DNA of 64,000 bases from an uncultured Clostridia bacterium (GCA_944381135.1 CALWJY010000001.1:90595-154594); one strand, 5' to 3'. Shown: positions 18,645 through 28,266, numbered from the stretch's first letter. Numbers and translations are program-made. Notes: generated by a model from the letters alone, not told the origin.

Positions 18645-20401
18645 AACTTTCAAAACTTGTCGGAGAGAGAATTAAAGAAAACCCAAGTGGCGCAAGCCTG
18701 AAAAGTCACATTTTGCTTTTGCGTGCAGGCTACATAAAACAAGTCAGCGCTGGCATTTTTTCTTTGCTTCCACCAGCGCAAAGGGTGAATTTGAAAATTC
18801 AAAACATCATTCGCGAAGAAATGAATGCAATTGGCGGACAAGAGGTGCTTTTCCCTGTGGTTATGCCACGCGAACTTTGGGAAATGTCGGGAAGATATAC
18901 TTCCATCAAAGACGAAATGGTGCGTTTTAAAGACCGCACAGGGCACGACATGGTGCTTGGCATGACGCATGAAGAAGCCTCAGTGCATATGGCGCTGAAC
19001 ACCATCAAAAGTCATGACCAATTGCCTTTTATGATCTATCAAATTCAAACCAAATTCCGTGATGAAGCGCGTCCACGCGGTGGGCTTATTCGTGTGCGCG
19101 AATTCACGATGAAAGACGCATATTCTTTCCACACCAGCCAGGAAGATTTGGAAAACTATTATAAAAAGGTTTTTGACGCCTATGTCCGAATCTACAAGCG
19201 CATTGGTTTCAAAAAATTTATTGCTGTCAAAAGTGACACGGGCATGATGGGAGGAAAAGTTGCTGACGAGTTTATGGCTGTGACGGATGTTGGAGAGGAT
19301 AGACTTGTCATTTGCCCACATTGTTCCTATTCCAGCAACATGGAAGTGGCGGTTTCGGTGAAAGCACAAAATGACGGACAAATTGCGGGCGAGCTGGAAG
19401 AAGTTTTCACAGGAAATGCTCACACCATTGAAGATGTTTGCGTGCTTCTTGAAACCGACCCAGCACACACAGCAAAAGCAGTTTGCTTTAAGACAGAAAC
19501 TGACGGAAAACTTGTTGTTGTGTTCTTGCGTGGAGATTATGAAGTCAACGAAATCAAACTGCAAAAACTTGTGAGGTCAGAACTTTTGCCTGTGGATGTT
19601 GAAGAGTTTGGGCTCAGCGGGGGCAACATTGGATGTTTGAATCTTCATCTTCCAGAGGGCTCATATGTTTTCTTTGACGAAACACTTAAAGGTTTGGAAA
19701 ACTTTGTGACCGGTGCAAACAAAAAAGACTTCCACTTGAAAAATGTCAGTGCGTCGCGTGATTTGAAAGATGTCGAATTTGTTGATGTCTCGTTTGTCAA
19801 AGAGGGCGACCATTGTGCATTTTGCGGACACGAACTGAAACTGACGCGCGGAATTGAAATTGGAAACATTTTCCAACTTGGCACGAAATATACACAAAGC
19901 ATGGGCATGAAAGTGACAATGCCAGATGGCACAACAAAAGAGCCAATCATGGGTTGCTATGGCATTGGTGTTGGGCGAAGTTTGGCAAGCATTGTCGAAG
20001 AGAAAGCGGATGAAAAAGGTCTTGTTTGGCCAATGACAATTGCGCCATGGCATGTTCATTTTTGCCCACTTCGCATGGATAACGAAAATGTCAGTGCGGT
20101 TGCGGATGAAATTTATAAGAAAATGCTTGATGCGTGCATTGAGGTGTTGTTTGATGACAGAAATGTCTCAGTTGGCATCAAACTTACAGACAGCGAACTT
20201 ATGGGCTTGCCAATTCGCGTCATAATCAGTCCAAAAACGCTTGCAAATGGGCAGGCAGAGGTAACTTTGCGTGAAAGCGGAGAACAACTTTTCATAAATC
20301 TAAGCGACCTCATCAGCGAACTTAAAGTGTTGATTCAAGATGAGATTGATGAAATTGAAGAATATGCCAAATCTCCAAAAATCACATATTCTGAAAATTA
20401 A
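18641..20401 (+). CDS. proS: prolyl-tRNA synthetase (bacterial type with editing insertion)
   Basis: LLRAGYIKQVSAGIFSLLP, FRDEARPRGGLIRVREFTMKDAYSF, and a C-terminal anticodon-binding domain. Confidence 0.95.
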   Translation: MKLSKLVGERIKENPSGASLKSHILLLRAGYIKQVSAGIFSLLPPAQRVNLKIQNIIREEMNAIGGQEVLFPVVMPRELWEMSGRYTSIKDEMVRFKDRTGHDMVLGMTHEEASVHMALNTIKSHDQLPFMIYQIQTKFRDEARPRGGLIRVREFTMKDAYSFHTSQEDLENYYKKVFDAYVRIYKRIGFKKFIAVKSDTGMMGGKVADEFMAVTDVGEDRLVICPHCSYSSNMEVAVSVKAQNDGQIAGELEEVFTGNAHTIEDVCVLLETDPAHTAKAVCFKTETDGKLVVVFLRGDYEVNEIKLQKLVRSELLPVDVEEFGLSGGNIGCLNLHLPEGSYVFFDETLKGLENFVTGANKKDFHLKNVSASRDLKDVEFVDVSFVKEGDHCAFCGHELKLTRGIEIGNIFQLGTKYTQSMGMKVTMPDGTTKEPIMGCYGIGVGRSLASIVEEKADEKGLVWPMTIAPWHVHFCPLRMDNENVSAVADEIYKKMLDACIEVLFDDRNVSVGIKLTDSELMGLPIRVIISPKTLANGQAEVTLRESGEQLFINLSDLISELKVLIQDEIDEIEEYAKSPKITYSEN

Positions 20402-20447
20402 AACAAAATTGAACATGAGTAAAAATTAAATATATAAAATAAAAATT

Positions 20448-20474
20448 GGACAAACAATGTTTTGTCCTTTTTTA
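20448..20474 (+). terminator. intrinsic terminator after proS
   Basis: GGACAAA-caatgt-TTTGTCC followed by TTTTTT. Confidence 0.8.
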
Positions 20475-20686
20475 TTTTTTTAAATTTAAACATCATCGAT
20501 TTTAATCTTCGTTTTTATCTGTATTTTAATAATTTTTAATTAATTTTTAATTTTATTTTATATCTGCACTTTTCGCTTTTTATTGTTTTTAATTTTTATT
20601 AATTTAATTTTTTATTGTTTTTTTAATTTAAATTTAATTGATTTTTATTTCCGTTATATTAATTATATTATATCTAAAAAAAACTC

Positions 20687-20714
20687 TTGACTTTTTGAAA
20701 ATCTATGATAAAAT
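20687..20714 (+). promoter_or_regulatory. sigmaA-type promoter of the 863-aa gene
   Basis: TTGACT, 16-nt spacer, TGaTAAAAT extended -10. Confidence 0.6.
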
Positions 20715-20787
20715 ATTATGGTTTAAAGGATAATATATCAAACAAAACAAACCACACAAATAAAAAAATAAGCAAAAAAGGAAAAAG

Positions 20788-23379
20788 ATGAAAAAAGTTT
20801 TAACAAGTGAAGAAATCAAAAAATTGTTGGAAGAGAACGAAGAAGCGCAGAAATTGGCTTTGAGTTATGAGGAATATTTCAGAGAACATTTTTTCCTTAC
20901 GCCGTCCGAAATCAGAAAGAAAATTGAAGATATTTTCTCACGCAACAATTTGGAAGTTGCCGAAAAGATTTCAGAGGTTGTTCAGCAGTTTGCATTTATG
21001 GAAATTTCTGACGAAACTTCTGGAAAAAAGAAAATGACTCCAGAAGAGGAATATAACCGCAAACGCTATGCCAACACCACTTTAAACAAAATCTTGGAAC
21101 TCTATCTCAAAAACGATGAAGAAATCAAGCAAGATGTTTTTGATGTCTTGGGGCTTGTGAAAGAAGAGTTTAGTGTCAATGTGATGTCGCTGGCATACAA
21201 GGGGACTTTCCGAAGTTTGTCAAAAGAAAAATATATGAAAATGCTGAGTTCTCTTAGGGTCATTGAAGAAGAGGGCTTTGCTCTTGAAAAAGAAGAAGTG
21301 AAGAAAATGATTGAAAATTGCTCTTCAATTCTCTACAGAACGGACGAAAAGAAAACAAAGGAAGTGGTGGAATATCTCTCAGCATTCGCCAAGGACGAAA
21401 ATGGCAACTTTGTGCTTAATGTCAAAGAAATCTTGAAAGGTGCCCCAACAATTTTGACAGAAACAGCAGAAAGTCTAAACGATACAGTTTGCTTCTTGGA
21501 AGAGCGTTTTTCAAGGCAAGAAATTGTGGAATATGTCAGAAAATATCCGTCCATTTTGACGATTGACAGGAAAAAGGTTGAGGGGCTTGAAAATGTGCTT
21601 GCAGAGGCAATCAAACAGGTCTGCACAGCCAATGGAATTGAAACAAACGGCACCGAACATGAAAGAGCGCGCAAGTTTTGCACAAAAATGGAAAGACTCA
21701 GCACAATTTCTCACATAACGGCCGACCAACTTTCCATCATTTCTTGTGTTCCTTCAGTGTTAATCAAATATGGCATAGACTCAGAAAGCGCCGTTGACAA
21801 ACTTTTGGATTTGTCGTTCATCACCAAATTCGACAAAGACAAGTTCACGGCAGACGATTTTGACGGACTTCTTGCAAAACTGACAATTGAAGAACAAAAA
21901 ACAGGCGTCAATTGGACACAAATTTTCTTTGACAATCCAAACGCAATCTTCAAAAACAAGGTTGCAGGAATTGTGAGACCTTCAAAAAGCAACACAGAAG
22001 AAGATGTAACCATCGCAGAAGAAACCGAGATAAAAGAAAAGAAACTTCGGAAACCTGTGCAAAAGAAAGTCAAAATGACAGAGGACGAAGCGGAAAAGGT
22101 TTTGATTGGTAAGGCTGATTCCACAAAGAAGAAAGTTGATGAGATGTTCAATCAGTTGAAAGGCAAAAATCAAGAGGCGCAGGCAGAAGAAGAAAACTAT
22201 ATCCAAAAACTTAAACTCTCCTCAGCGCTCAAGAAATTGGATGAAAAAACATATGAGCATCCATTCCTCGAAATTGTTGAAAGAATTGAAACGGCTTTTG
22301 ACACCAAATTTGAAAGCGGATATGCGGAAAAAGAATTCAACCTTTCTGAAATGAAGAAAATTTTCAACACTCACATTAAGAATATGAGAAAAATTGATTC
22401 TCAAGAAATTGTGGACGCGGTTGAGGCGATTAAAGCGGCTTTTGAATATGGTCGAAAGTGCATTTTCAAAAGTGAAAATCATCCAAAAAACAAACAAATT
22501 GAAAGAAAAGGAATGAAAAAGTTTTTGACTGTTGCCCAAATTCTTGCAGACAAAATCAAAAACATTAGATCAGACGAACTTCGCAACTCAAGTGATAAAT
22601 CGCCAAAATTCAAAAGTCTCAAAATGGCGGAAAACATCTCGTCCTTTTGGGCATGCACATATTATGTCAGTGACTGTATGGCAACCGAATTTGTCATCTA
22701 TCCAATCATAAAAATGAGAGAGAGTTTCAGCGAAGAAGAACAAGAACTGATTTTACCAAAATCACTTTTGAGAGATTTCAGACATCAAAAATTCACAACC
22801 GAAAAACTTATGGTTGCCACCGAATCTCTCTATCAACTTGTTGATAAAGAAAAAAACGGAGTCATGATGTCAATCATAAAAGATCTTCAAAGAAGCCTCA
22901 ACATCGGCAAAAGTCTTGATACAAAAATCTTTGAAATTATGGCTCAAAAATTTCAAGCAGAAGATAAACAACAAGAATTTGACAATTCTCCAAGAAACAA
23001 CTCGGATGACATCGACTCTGATGTTTTGAGAGACCTTGAAATTCTAAACAACATTTGTGATGAAATTTGTGAGAAAATTTCACCAAAGGCAATTAAATAT
23101 CGTGAAAGATTCAACGCGACAATCTGCTATGACAAAGATGGAATCTATTATGTCCGTCCAAGCGCAAAGGAAGGGCTTTTCATGCCAAAAGACATTGTGG
23201 ATGAAGACCTTATGAAAAAACTTGGAATCAAAAAAGTTGACGAGGTTGTTGCTGACAAAACCGCATTAAACCTTCACACCATGACCATTTTTGAGTGTGC
23301 CAAAGACACGCACGAGGGTGAAGGTCGTGACATTGCATGTGCAGTTTTAAACCCAGACACAAAAAACATGGCAGATTAA
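20788..23379 (+). CDS. large hypothetical helical protein; N-terminal half has mTERF-like repeats, C-terminal half is K/E-rich
   Basis: 863-aa ORF with its own promoter and terminator. Repeated motif x-P-x-IL-x(6-8)-L-x3-V-x-F/YL: MIENCSSILYRTDEKKTKEVVEYL, ILKGAPTILTETAESLNDTVCFL, YVRKYPSILTIDRKKVEGLENVL, IISCVPSVLIKYGIDSESAVDKLLDL. Confidence 0.6.
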   Translation: MKKVLTSEEIKKLLEENEEAQKLALSYEEYFREHFFLTPSEIRKKIEDIFSRNNLEVAEKISEVVQQFAFMEISDETSGKKKMTPEEEYNRKRYANTTLNKILELYLKNDEEIKQDVFDVLGLVKEEFSVNVMSLAYKGTFRSLSKEKYMKMLSSLRVIEEEGFALEKEEVKKMIENCSSILYRTDEKKTKEVVEYLSAFAKDENGNFVLNVKEILKGAPTILTETAESLNDTVCFLEERFSRQEIVEYVRKYPSILTIDRKKVEGLENVLAEAIKQVCTANGIETNGTEHERARKFCTKMERLSTISHITADQLSIISCVPSVLIKYGIDSESAVDKLLDLSFITKFDKDKFTADDFDGLLAKLTIEEQKTGVNWTQIFFDNPNAIFKNKVAGIVRPSKSNTEEDVTIAEETEIKEKKLRKPVQKKVKMTEDEAEKVLIGKADSTKKKVDEMFNQLKGKNQEAQAEEENYIQKLKLSSALKKLDEKTYEHPFLEIVERIETAFDTKFESGYAEKEFNLSEMKKIFNTHIKNMRKIDSQEIVDAVEAIKAAFEYGRKCIFKSENHPKNKQIERKGMKKFLTVAQILADKIKNIRSDELRNSSDKSPKFKSLKMAENISSFWACTYYVSDCMATEFVIYPIIKMRESFSEEEQELILPKSLLRDFRHQKFTTEKLMVATESLYQLVDKEKNGVMMSIIKDLQRSLNIGKSLDTKIFEIMAQKFQAEDKQQEFDNSPRNNSDDIDSDVLRDLEILNNICDEICEKISPKAIKYRERFNATICYDKDGIYYVRPSAKEGLFMPKDIVDEDLMKKLGIKKVDEVVADKTALNLHTMTIFECAKDTHEGEGRDIACAVLNPDTKNMAD

Positions 23380-23389
23380 AGTTTTTTGT

Positions 23390-23470
23390 TTGATACTTAG
23401 ACAAAAACTTGATTTCTTAGAGACAGAAACTTGATTTTATAAAGACAAGAATTTGATTTCAATCTTTAAA
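23390..23470 (+). repeat. 3.5 tandem copies of a ~22-nt unit (TTGATTTcTTAGAGACAgAAAC)
   Basis: ttgatacttagacaaaaac / ttgatttcttagagacagaaac / ttgattttataaagacaagaat / ttgatttcaatc. Confidence 0.75.
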
Positions 23471-23493
23471 TAAGATTGAACAATCACATAAAA

Positions 23494-23517
23494 ATAGGGC
23501 AGATTGTCCTATTTTTT
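23494..23517 (+). terminator. intrinsic terminator after the 863-aa gene
   Basis: ATAGGGC-agatt-GTCCTAT followed by TTTTTT. Confidence 0.7.
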
Positions 23518-23541
23518 GTTGCGAGAAAATATAAATATATC

Positions 23542-24213
23542 ATGAAGAAAAACAATCTCAGATGGGCGACAAAAACTTTCATTCTGTCCATTTTTCTTTC
23601 CATATCTTTCAGCGTGTTTTCGCAAAGTATGTTTCCAAATCTTCCTGCGTTCATTTCAATTTTTGTCATAGTTTTTTTCATTGTGGTGAGCGTGATTTTT
23701 GATATGATTGCAGTGTCCGTCACCTCAATGGACACAAAGAAATTGGAAAAATTCAGCGGACAAAAAGGATATCAAACTGCAATAAAACTCTGTCAAAACA
23801 CAGAAAAGGTTTCATCCTTTTGTGGCGATGTGGTGGGCGACATATGCGGAATTTTGAGCGGTGCAGGCGGAGTCAGTTTGGTGGTGAACTTAAATATTGT
23901 TGACAGCAATGTCTATTTCATCGTCACATGCCTTGTCAGTTCGCTGATTGCAGGCTTGACAATTTTCGGAAAAGCAATCATGAAAAGTTTTTCTGTGGAC
24001 CACTGCGAGATTGTCGTCATGAAAACAGGGCAAATTTTGGAAACGTCTCCGCTTGCCATGCTTAAAATTTTTTGCAAAATCTTTCATCCAAAACATAAAA
24101 AGGATGCAAAAAAGATGAAAAAAGAAGTTCAATCCCATGATGAATCAATTAAAGAGAATAAAAACAAAAACGTAAACAAATTGGATGAAAAAAAGAAAAT
24201 TAAAAAAAATTAA
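23542..24213 (+). CDS. hypothetical polytopic membrane protein with lysine-rich C-terminal tail
   Basis: MKKNNLRWATKTFILS..., several TM helices, G-rich helix GDVVGDICGILSGAGG. The ORF-track start at 23476 lies upstream of the terminator, so the start is moved to 23542. Confidence 0.6.
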   Translation: MKKNNLRWATKTFILSIFLSISFSVFSQSMFPNLPAFISIFVIVFFIVVSVIFDMIAVSVTSMDTKKLEKFSGQKGYQTAIKLCQNTEKVSSFCGDVVGDICGILSGAGGVSLVVNLNIVDSNVYFIVTCLVSSLIAGLTIFGKAIMKSFSVDHCEIVVMKTGQILETSPLAMLKIFCKIFHPKHKKDAKKMKKEVQSHDESIKENKNKNVNKLDEKKKIKKN

Positions 24214-24375
24214 AATAATTAAAGCAAATTGGAATGAATTGCAACTGATTGAAACGGAATGAAACCAAATGAACAGATTGGTGTAAACAAAATCAATTAA
24301 AAACAATTAAGAAGAACTAAAACAAATTGAAAACAAATAAAAAAATAAAAATAATGAAAAATTTGTGAAAAACAA

Positions 24376-24404
24376 TTGACATTGGGCAAAATTTGTGATA
24401 TTAT
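24376..24404 (+). promoter_or_regulatory. sigmaA promoter of the infC-rpmI-rplT operon
   Basis: TTGACA, 17-nt spacer, TGaTATTAT extended -10. Confidence 0.7.
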
Positions 24405-24410
24405 TGTTCG

Positions 24411-24541
24411 CGTAAGAAAGCAGAAGACACCCTTCTCACCCAGCGAATTTTGTTTTGCTGTGGTCACAAAATTTCAAATTTTCTTTAAGACAAATTGATT
24501 TTTTGTTGGTGGGATGTTTTGTGCGTCCTACCAATTTTTTT
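24411..24541 (+). promoter_or_regulatory. ribosomal protein L20 leader (transcription attenuator) upstream of infC
   Basis: About 150-nt structured leader ending in the terminator TTGGTGGGA-N11-TCCTACCAA plus a T7 run (24506-24541), immediately before the infC RBS. The position matches the Firmicute L20 autoregulatory leader. Confidence 0.6.
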
Positions 24542-24559
24542 AAAAAGGAGATTACGACA

Positions 24560-25072
24560 ATTTTTAAGGAACTTTTAATCAACGACCAAATCACAGCAAA
24601 AGAAGTGCGTCTTATTGGTGAAAATGGCGAGCAACTTGGGCTTATGCCAAAATCTCAGGCACAGGAGACAGCCGATCGTGAGGGGCTTGACTTGGTGCTT
24701 ATGTCACCAAACGCAAATCCACCTGTTTGCAAACTTATGGACTATGGAAAATATAAGTTTGACACGGTGAAGAAAGAAAAAGAACTTCGCAAAAATCAAA
24801 AAACAAGCGAAATCAAGGAAATTCAACTTTCCATGCGTATTGATGAATATCACATCAGTTTCAAACTGAAAAACGCACAGAGAATTCTTCAAGACGGCGA
24901 CAAAGTGAAAGTTTCGCTTCGTATGCGCGGAAGAGAACAAGCATATTCCAAAAACGCTGTTGAAATTGTCAAAAAATTCGTTGCTGATTTAAGCGAATAT
25001 GGCACAGTTGACAAAGAACCTGCCGTCATGGGAAGAAATGTTTTTGTTGTAATCAATCCAAAAAAATCATAA
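24560..25072 (+). CDS. infC: translation initiation factor IF-3, probable AUU start
   Basis: LINDQITAKEVRLIGENGEQLG...PPVCKLMDYGKYKF. No in-frame ATG/GTG sits after the RBS AAAGGAG (24544-24550). In-frame ATT at 24560 is 9 nt downstream. Confidence 0.85.
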   Translation: MFKELLINDQITAKEVRLIGENGEQLGLMPKSQAQETADREGLDLVLMSPNANPPVCKLMDYGKYKFDTVKKEKELRKNQKTSEIKEIQLSMRIDEYHISFKLKNAQRILQDGDKVKVSLRMRGREQAYSKNAVEIVKKFVADLSEYGTVDKEPAVMGRNVFVVINPKKS

Positions 25073-25087
25073 AAGGAGAAGAAGAAA

Positions 25088-25282
25088 ATGCCTAAGCAAA
25101 AAACACACAGCGGTGTGAAGAAAAGATTTTCACTCACCGCAACAGGAAAAGTTAAGTTTGCAAGACCAAACAAAGGTCATTTCCTGACAACAAAAAGCAA
25201 AAGTCGAAAGAGAAAACTCAGAAAAGGGTCCTACATTGCCGGAAAGAATGCCGACAACATCAAGACACTGCTTGCAAAGTGA
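25088..25282 (+). CDS. rpmI: 50S ribosomal protein L35
   Basis: MPKQKTHSGVKKRF... Confidence 0.95.
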   Translation: MPKQKTHSGVKKRFSLTATGKVKFARPNKGHFLTTKSKSRKRKLRKGSYIAGKNADNIKTLLAK

Positions 25283-25296
25283 GATAGGAGGGAAAA

Positions 25297-25644
25297 ATGA
25301 GAATTAAAAGAAGCGTAACCGCACTTAAAAAGCGTAGAAAAATTTTGAAACAAGCAAAAGGATATTTTGGCGCAAAAAGCAAACTCTATCGCACTGCTCG
25401 TGAGCAAGTGATGAAGAGTGGTCAATATGCATATGTTGGAAGAAAACTCAAGAAAAGAAACTTCCGCGCACTTTGGATCACAAGAATTAATGCTGGATGT
25501 CACCAAAATGACATTTCATATTCAAGATTTATTGATGGCTTGAAGAAAGCAAATGTCACATTAAACCGCAAAGTGCTTGCAGATATGGCTGTTCGTGAGC
25601 CAGAAGCATTTGCAAAACTTGTTGAAGTTGCAAAGAAAGCATAA
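25297..25644 (+). CDS. rplT: 50S ribosomal protein L20
   Basis: [25 protein letters not shown]... Confidence 0.95.
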   Translation: MRIKRSVTALKKRRKILKQAKGYFGAKSKLYRTAREQVMKSGQYAYVGRKLKKRNFRALWITRINAGCHQNDISYSRFIDGLKKANVTLNRKVLADMAVREPEAFAKLVEVAKKA

Positions 25645-25672
25645 CATAGAAAAAAAAGTTGCTGGCATAATT

Positions 25673-26626
25673 ATGGAACATTCTGAAAAATTATGCAAGC
25701 ATAAAGATGATGTTATGCACCACCTCAAACTTGATTCAACCAAAAGAAAAGAGGGGACGAATTTGGAAAAAGCAACAAAAAACTTCATATCAGACCTTAA
25801 AAAGCAAAAACGAGAAAACAAGTCTTTGCTTTTTTTGGATAATGTCAAAATCATAAGAGATGCTCTGAAAAACAAAGCAATTGTTCCAGAGTGTCTTTTG
25901 TCGTCTCTGACAGATTTGGAGGATGTCAAAACCCTTTTGCACTTAGAATATGATTTGCTTGACGCGAAAATCTTCCATGTTGATGAAAAAACTCTTGAAC
26001 AACTTTCGGACGCAAAAACACCACAGAAAGTGTTATGCATTGCATACCACACACAACATGTTGTGAAAACACCAACAACAAACTTTCTTGTTTTGGATGG
26101 GCTTCAAGACCCGGGAAATGTTGGCACACTGATTCGAACTGCAAAAGCGTGCGGTTTTGAAAGTGTCTTTTTGGTTGATTGTGTGAGAGTTGGCAATCCA
26201 AAACTCATCAGAAGTTCGGTTGGTGCAGTGCTTGACAGCCAAGTTTATGAAATGTCAAAAGGTGAGTTTGTTGAATTTGCAAAGCAAAACAATTTGCAAC
26301 TCATCTGCGCAGACATGAATGGCGAAAACATCTTTGATTTTGCTGACACTTTTAAACCATCTGAAAATGACATTTTGGCGTCATCAAGTCATCATTCAAA
26401 AATGGCAGACAATCAAATTAAGAAAAATCATGGCGAGAGTGTGCAAAAATCACAAACCACAATTCTTGGCGTCGTTGTTGGAAATGAGGGCAATGGCGTC
26501 AGTGACGAAATTGCAAACTTATGCTTCAAGACTGTGAAAATTCCAATGAAACCGGGCATTGAAAGTCTAAATGCAGGCGTCAGCGGGTCAATCATCATGT
26601 ATGCCTTAAGCAGGTGGAATTTCTGA
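25673..26626 (+). CDS. TrmH/SpoU-family RNA 2'-O-methyltransferase (RlmB-like) with an internal insertion
   Basis: LDGLQDPGNVGTLIRTAKACG, VVGNEGNGVS, IPMKPGIESLNAGVSGSIIMY are SpoU motifs. About 30 aa of polar insertion (SSSHHSKMADNQIKKNHGESVQKSQ). Start uncertain. Confidence 0.75.
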   Translation: MEHSEKLCKHKDDVMHHLKLDSTKRKEGTNLEKATKNFISDLKKQKRENKSLLFLDNVKIIRDALKNKAIVPECLLSSLTDLEDVKTLLHLEYDLLDAKIFHVDEKTLEQLSDAKTPQKVLCIAYHTQHVVKTPTTNFLVLDGLQDPGNVGTLIRTAKACGFESVFLVDCVRVGNPKLIRSSVGAVLDSQVYEMSKGEFVEFAKQNNLQLICADMNGENIFDFADTFKPSENDILASSSHHSKMADNQIKKNHGESVQKSQTTILGVVVGNEGNGVSDEIANLCFKTVKIPMKPGIESLNAGVSGSIIMYALSRWNF

Positions 26627-26806
26627 AGTTGAACTGAATCAACAACTTGTTATTGATGCCGAAAACGTTTGACATCAAGAGTACTTTTGATTTATTATAT
26701 AAGAGAATTGATTTATTTTCATGATTGAATTAATTATATTTTATAATTCAATTAAAACTCATCAACTGAAAACTAAAATATTAAATTTTAATTAAGGAGA
26801 AAAGAA

Positions 26807-27535
26807 ATGTCGGGACATTCAAAATGGCATAACATACAAGCCAAAAAGGGCAAAACAGATGCTGCAAGAGGCAAAATTTTTACGAAAATCGGAAGAGAAA
26901 TTGCTGTATGCGTGAAAGCAGGCGGGCCAGACCCTAATGTCAACAGCAAGTTGAAAGACATCATTGCAAAGGCAAAACAAAACAATATGCCAAGCGACAA
27001 TATTGAACGCTCCATCAAAAAAGCGTCTGGAGAACTTTCTGGCGTCAACTATGAATCTTGCACATATGAGGGCTATGGAGTTGGAGGCTCTGCAGTGATT
27101 GTGGAATGCTTGACTGACAACAAAAACCGCACTGCTGGAGATGTTCGTCACGCGTTTGATAAGCACGGCGGAAGTTTAGGTTCCAATGGTTGCGTGTCAT
27201 ACCTTTTCAAGCGTAAAGGCGTTGTGATTGTTGTAGATGTCAAAGACGCAGAAACACTTATGCTTGATGCCATTGAAGAGGGCGCTGTGGATATTGTTGA
27301 AGACGAAGACAGTGTTGAAATCATCACAGAAGCAAACCAAGATGGCAAAATGCGCGAAGCATTGGAAAAGAAAGGCTATAATGTTGTTTCATCCGAGACC
27401 GCGCTTGTGCCAGACCTTTATGTTGAGCTCAATTCAGAGCAACAAGCCAAATTCCAACGCATGATTGACGCACTTGAAGATTTGGACGATGTTCAAGAAG
27501 TTTATCACAATGTCAATTTGACAGAAGAAGGGTGA
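26807..27535 (+). CDS. yebC: YebC/PmpR family DNA-binding regulator
   Basis: MSGHSKWHNIQAKKGKTDAARGKIFTK... Confidence 0.9.
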   Translation: MSGHSKWHNIQAKKGKTDAARGKIFTKIGREIAVCVKAGGPDPNVNSKLKDIIAKAKQNNMPSDNIERSIKKASGELSGVNYESCTYEGYGVGGSAVIVECLTDNKNRTAGDVRHAFDKHGGSLGSNGCVSYLFKRKGVVIVVDVKDAETLMLDAIEEGAVDIVEDEDSVEIITEANQDGKMREALEKKGYNVVSSETALVPDLYVELNSEQQAKFQRMIDALEDLDDVQEVYHNVNLTEEG

Positions 27536-27593
27536 AACCACTTTCATATGATAATCACAACATTTTATTTGAAGTAGGCAAACATTTTTTAAT

Positions 27594-27630
27594 ACACTCC
27601 ATTTTATTTGACAAAATGGGGTGTTTTTTA
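27594..27630 (+). terminator. intrinsic terminator after yebC
   Basis: ACACTCCATTTT-N7-AAAATGGGGTGT followed by TTTTTT. Confidence 0.85.
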
Positions 27631-27643
27631 TTAAAATTGTTTT

Positions 27644-28132
27644 ATGAGAATTTTAGGTATTGACCCGGGATATGGAATTGTTGGTTTTGGAATCATTGAC
27701 ACACATCGAAACAATGCGGTTGTTGATTTTGGGGTGATTGAGACGCCAAAAGAAGACTCGCTTCCTGTGAGGCTTATGCGAATCGAAGAGGCACTTCGGG
27801 TGTTGTTTGAAAGATATAGACCAGATGAAGTTGCAGTTGAGGAATTATTCTATTTTCATAACCAAACAACCGTCATTCCTGTTGCTGAAGCGCGCGGTGT
27901 GATTGTCTTGACCGCTCAAAAATATTGTGACAAACTTTATGAATACACACCAATGCAAATCAAACAGGCACTCACAGGAAATGGCAGAGCAGACAAAAAA
28001 CAAATGCAGTTTATGGTGAAAGCGGTGCTTGGGCTTGAAAAAGTGCCAAAACCGGATGACGCCGCTGATGCGCTTGCGGTTGCTTTATGTCACAGTCAAA
28101 TCAATCCAAACTTAAACAACAACATGATTTAA
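27644..28132 (+). CDS. ruvC: Holliday junction resolvase RuvC
   Basis: MRILGIDPGYGIVGFGII... is an RNase H-like fold with catalytic D/E pattern. Confidence 0.9.
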   Translation: MRILGIDPGYGIVGFGIIDTHRNNAVVDFGVIETPKEDSLPVRLMRIEEALRVLFERYRPDEVAVEELFYFHNQTTVIPVAEARGVIVLTAQKYCDKLYEYTPMQIKQALTGNGRADKKQMQFMVKAVLGLEKVPKPDDAADALAVALCHSQINPNLNNNMI

Positions 28133-28266
28133 AATTCTACATAAATTTTTGTTTTGTTTATTTATGTTGACGTTAAAAGGACAAGACAAGGATAAGACAA
28201 AGAATTGCTTGAAAGAAGTTTTATAATTTCAACATAAAAAATCTCAAAAATCATTAAGGAGAAAAT

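Noticed and set aside
18400-18660. T-box leader upstream of proS.
   Set aside because: proS overlaps the xseB stop codon (ATGA), which leaves no leader.
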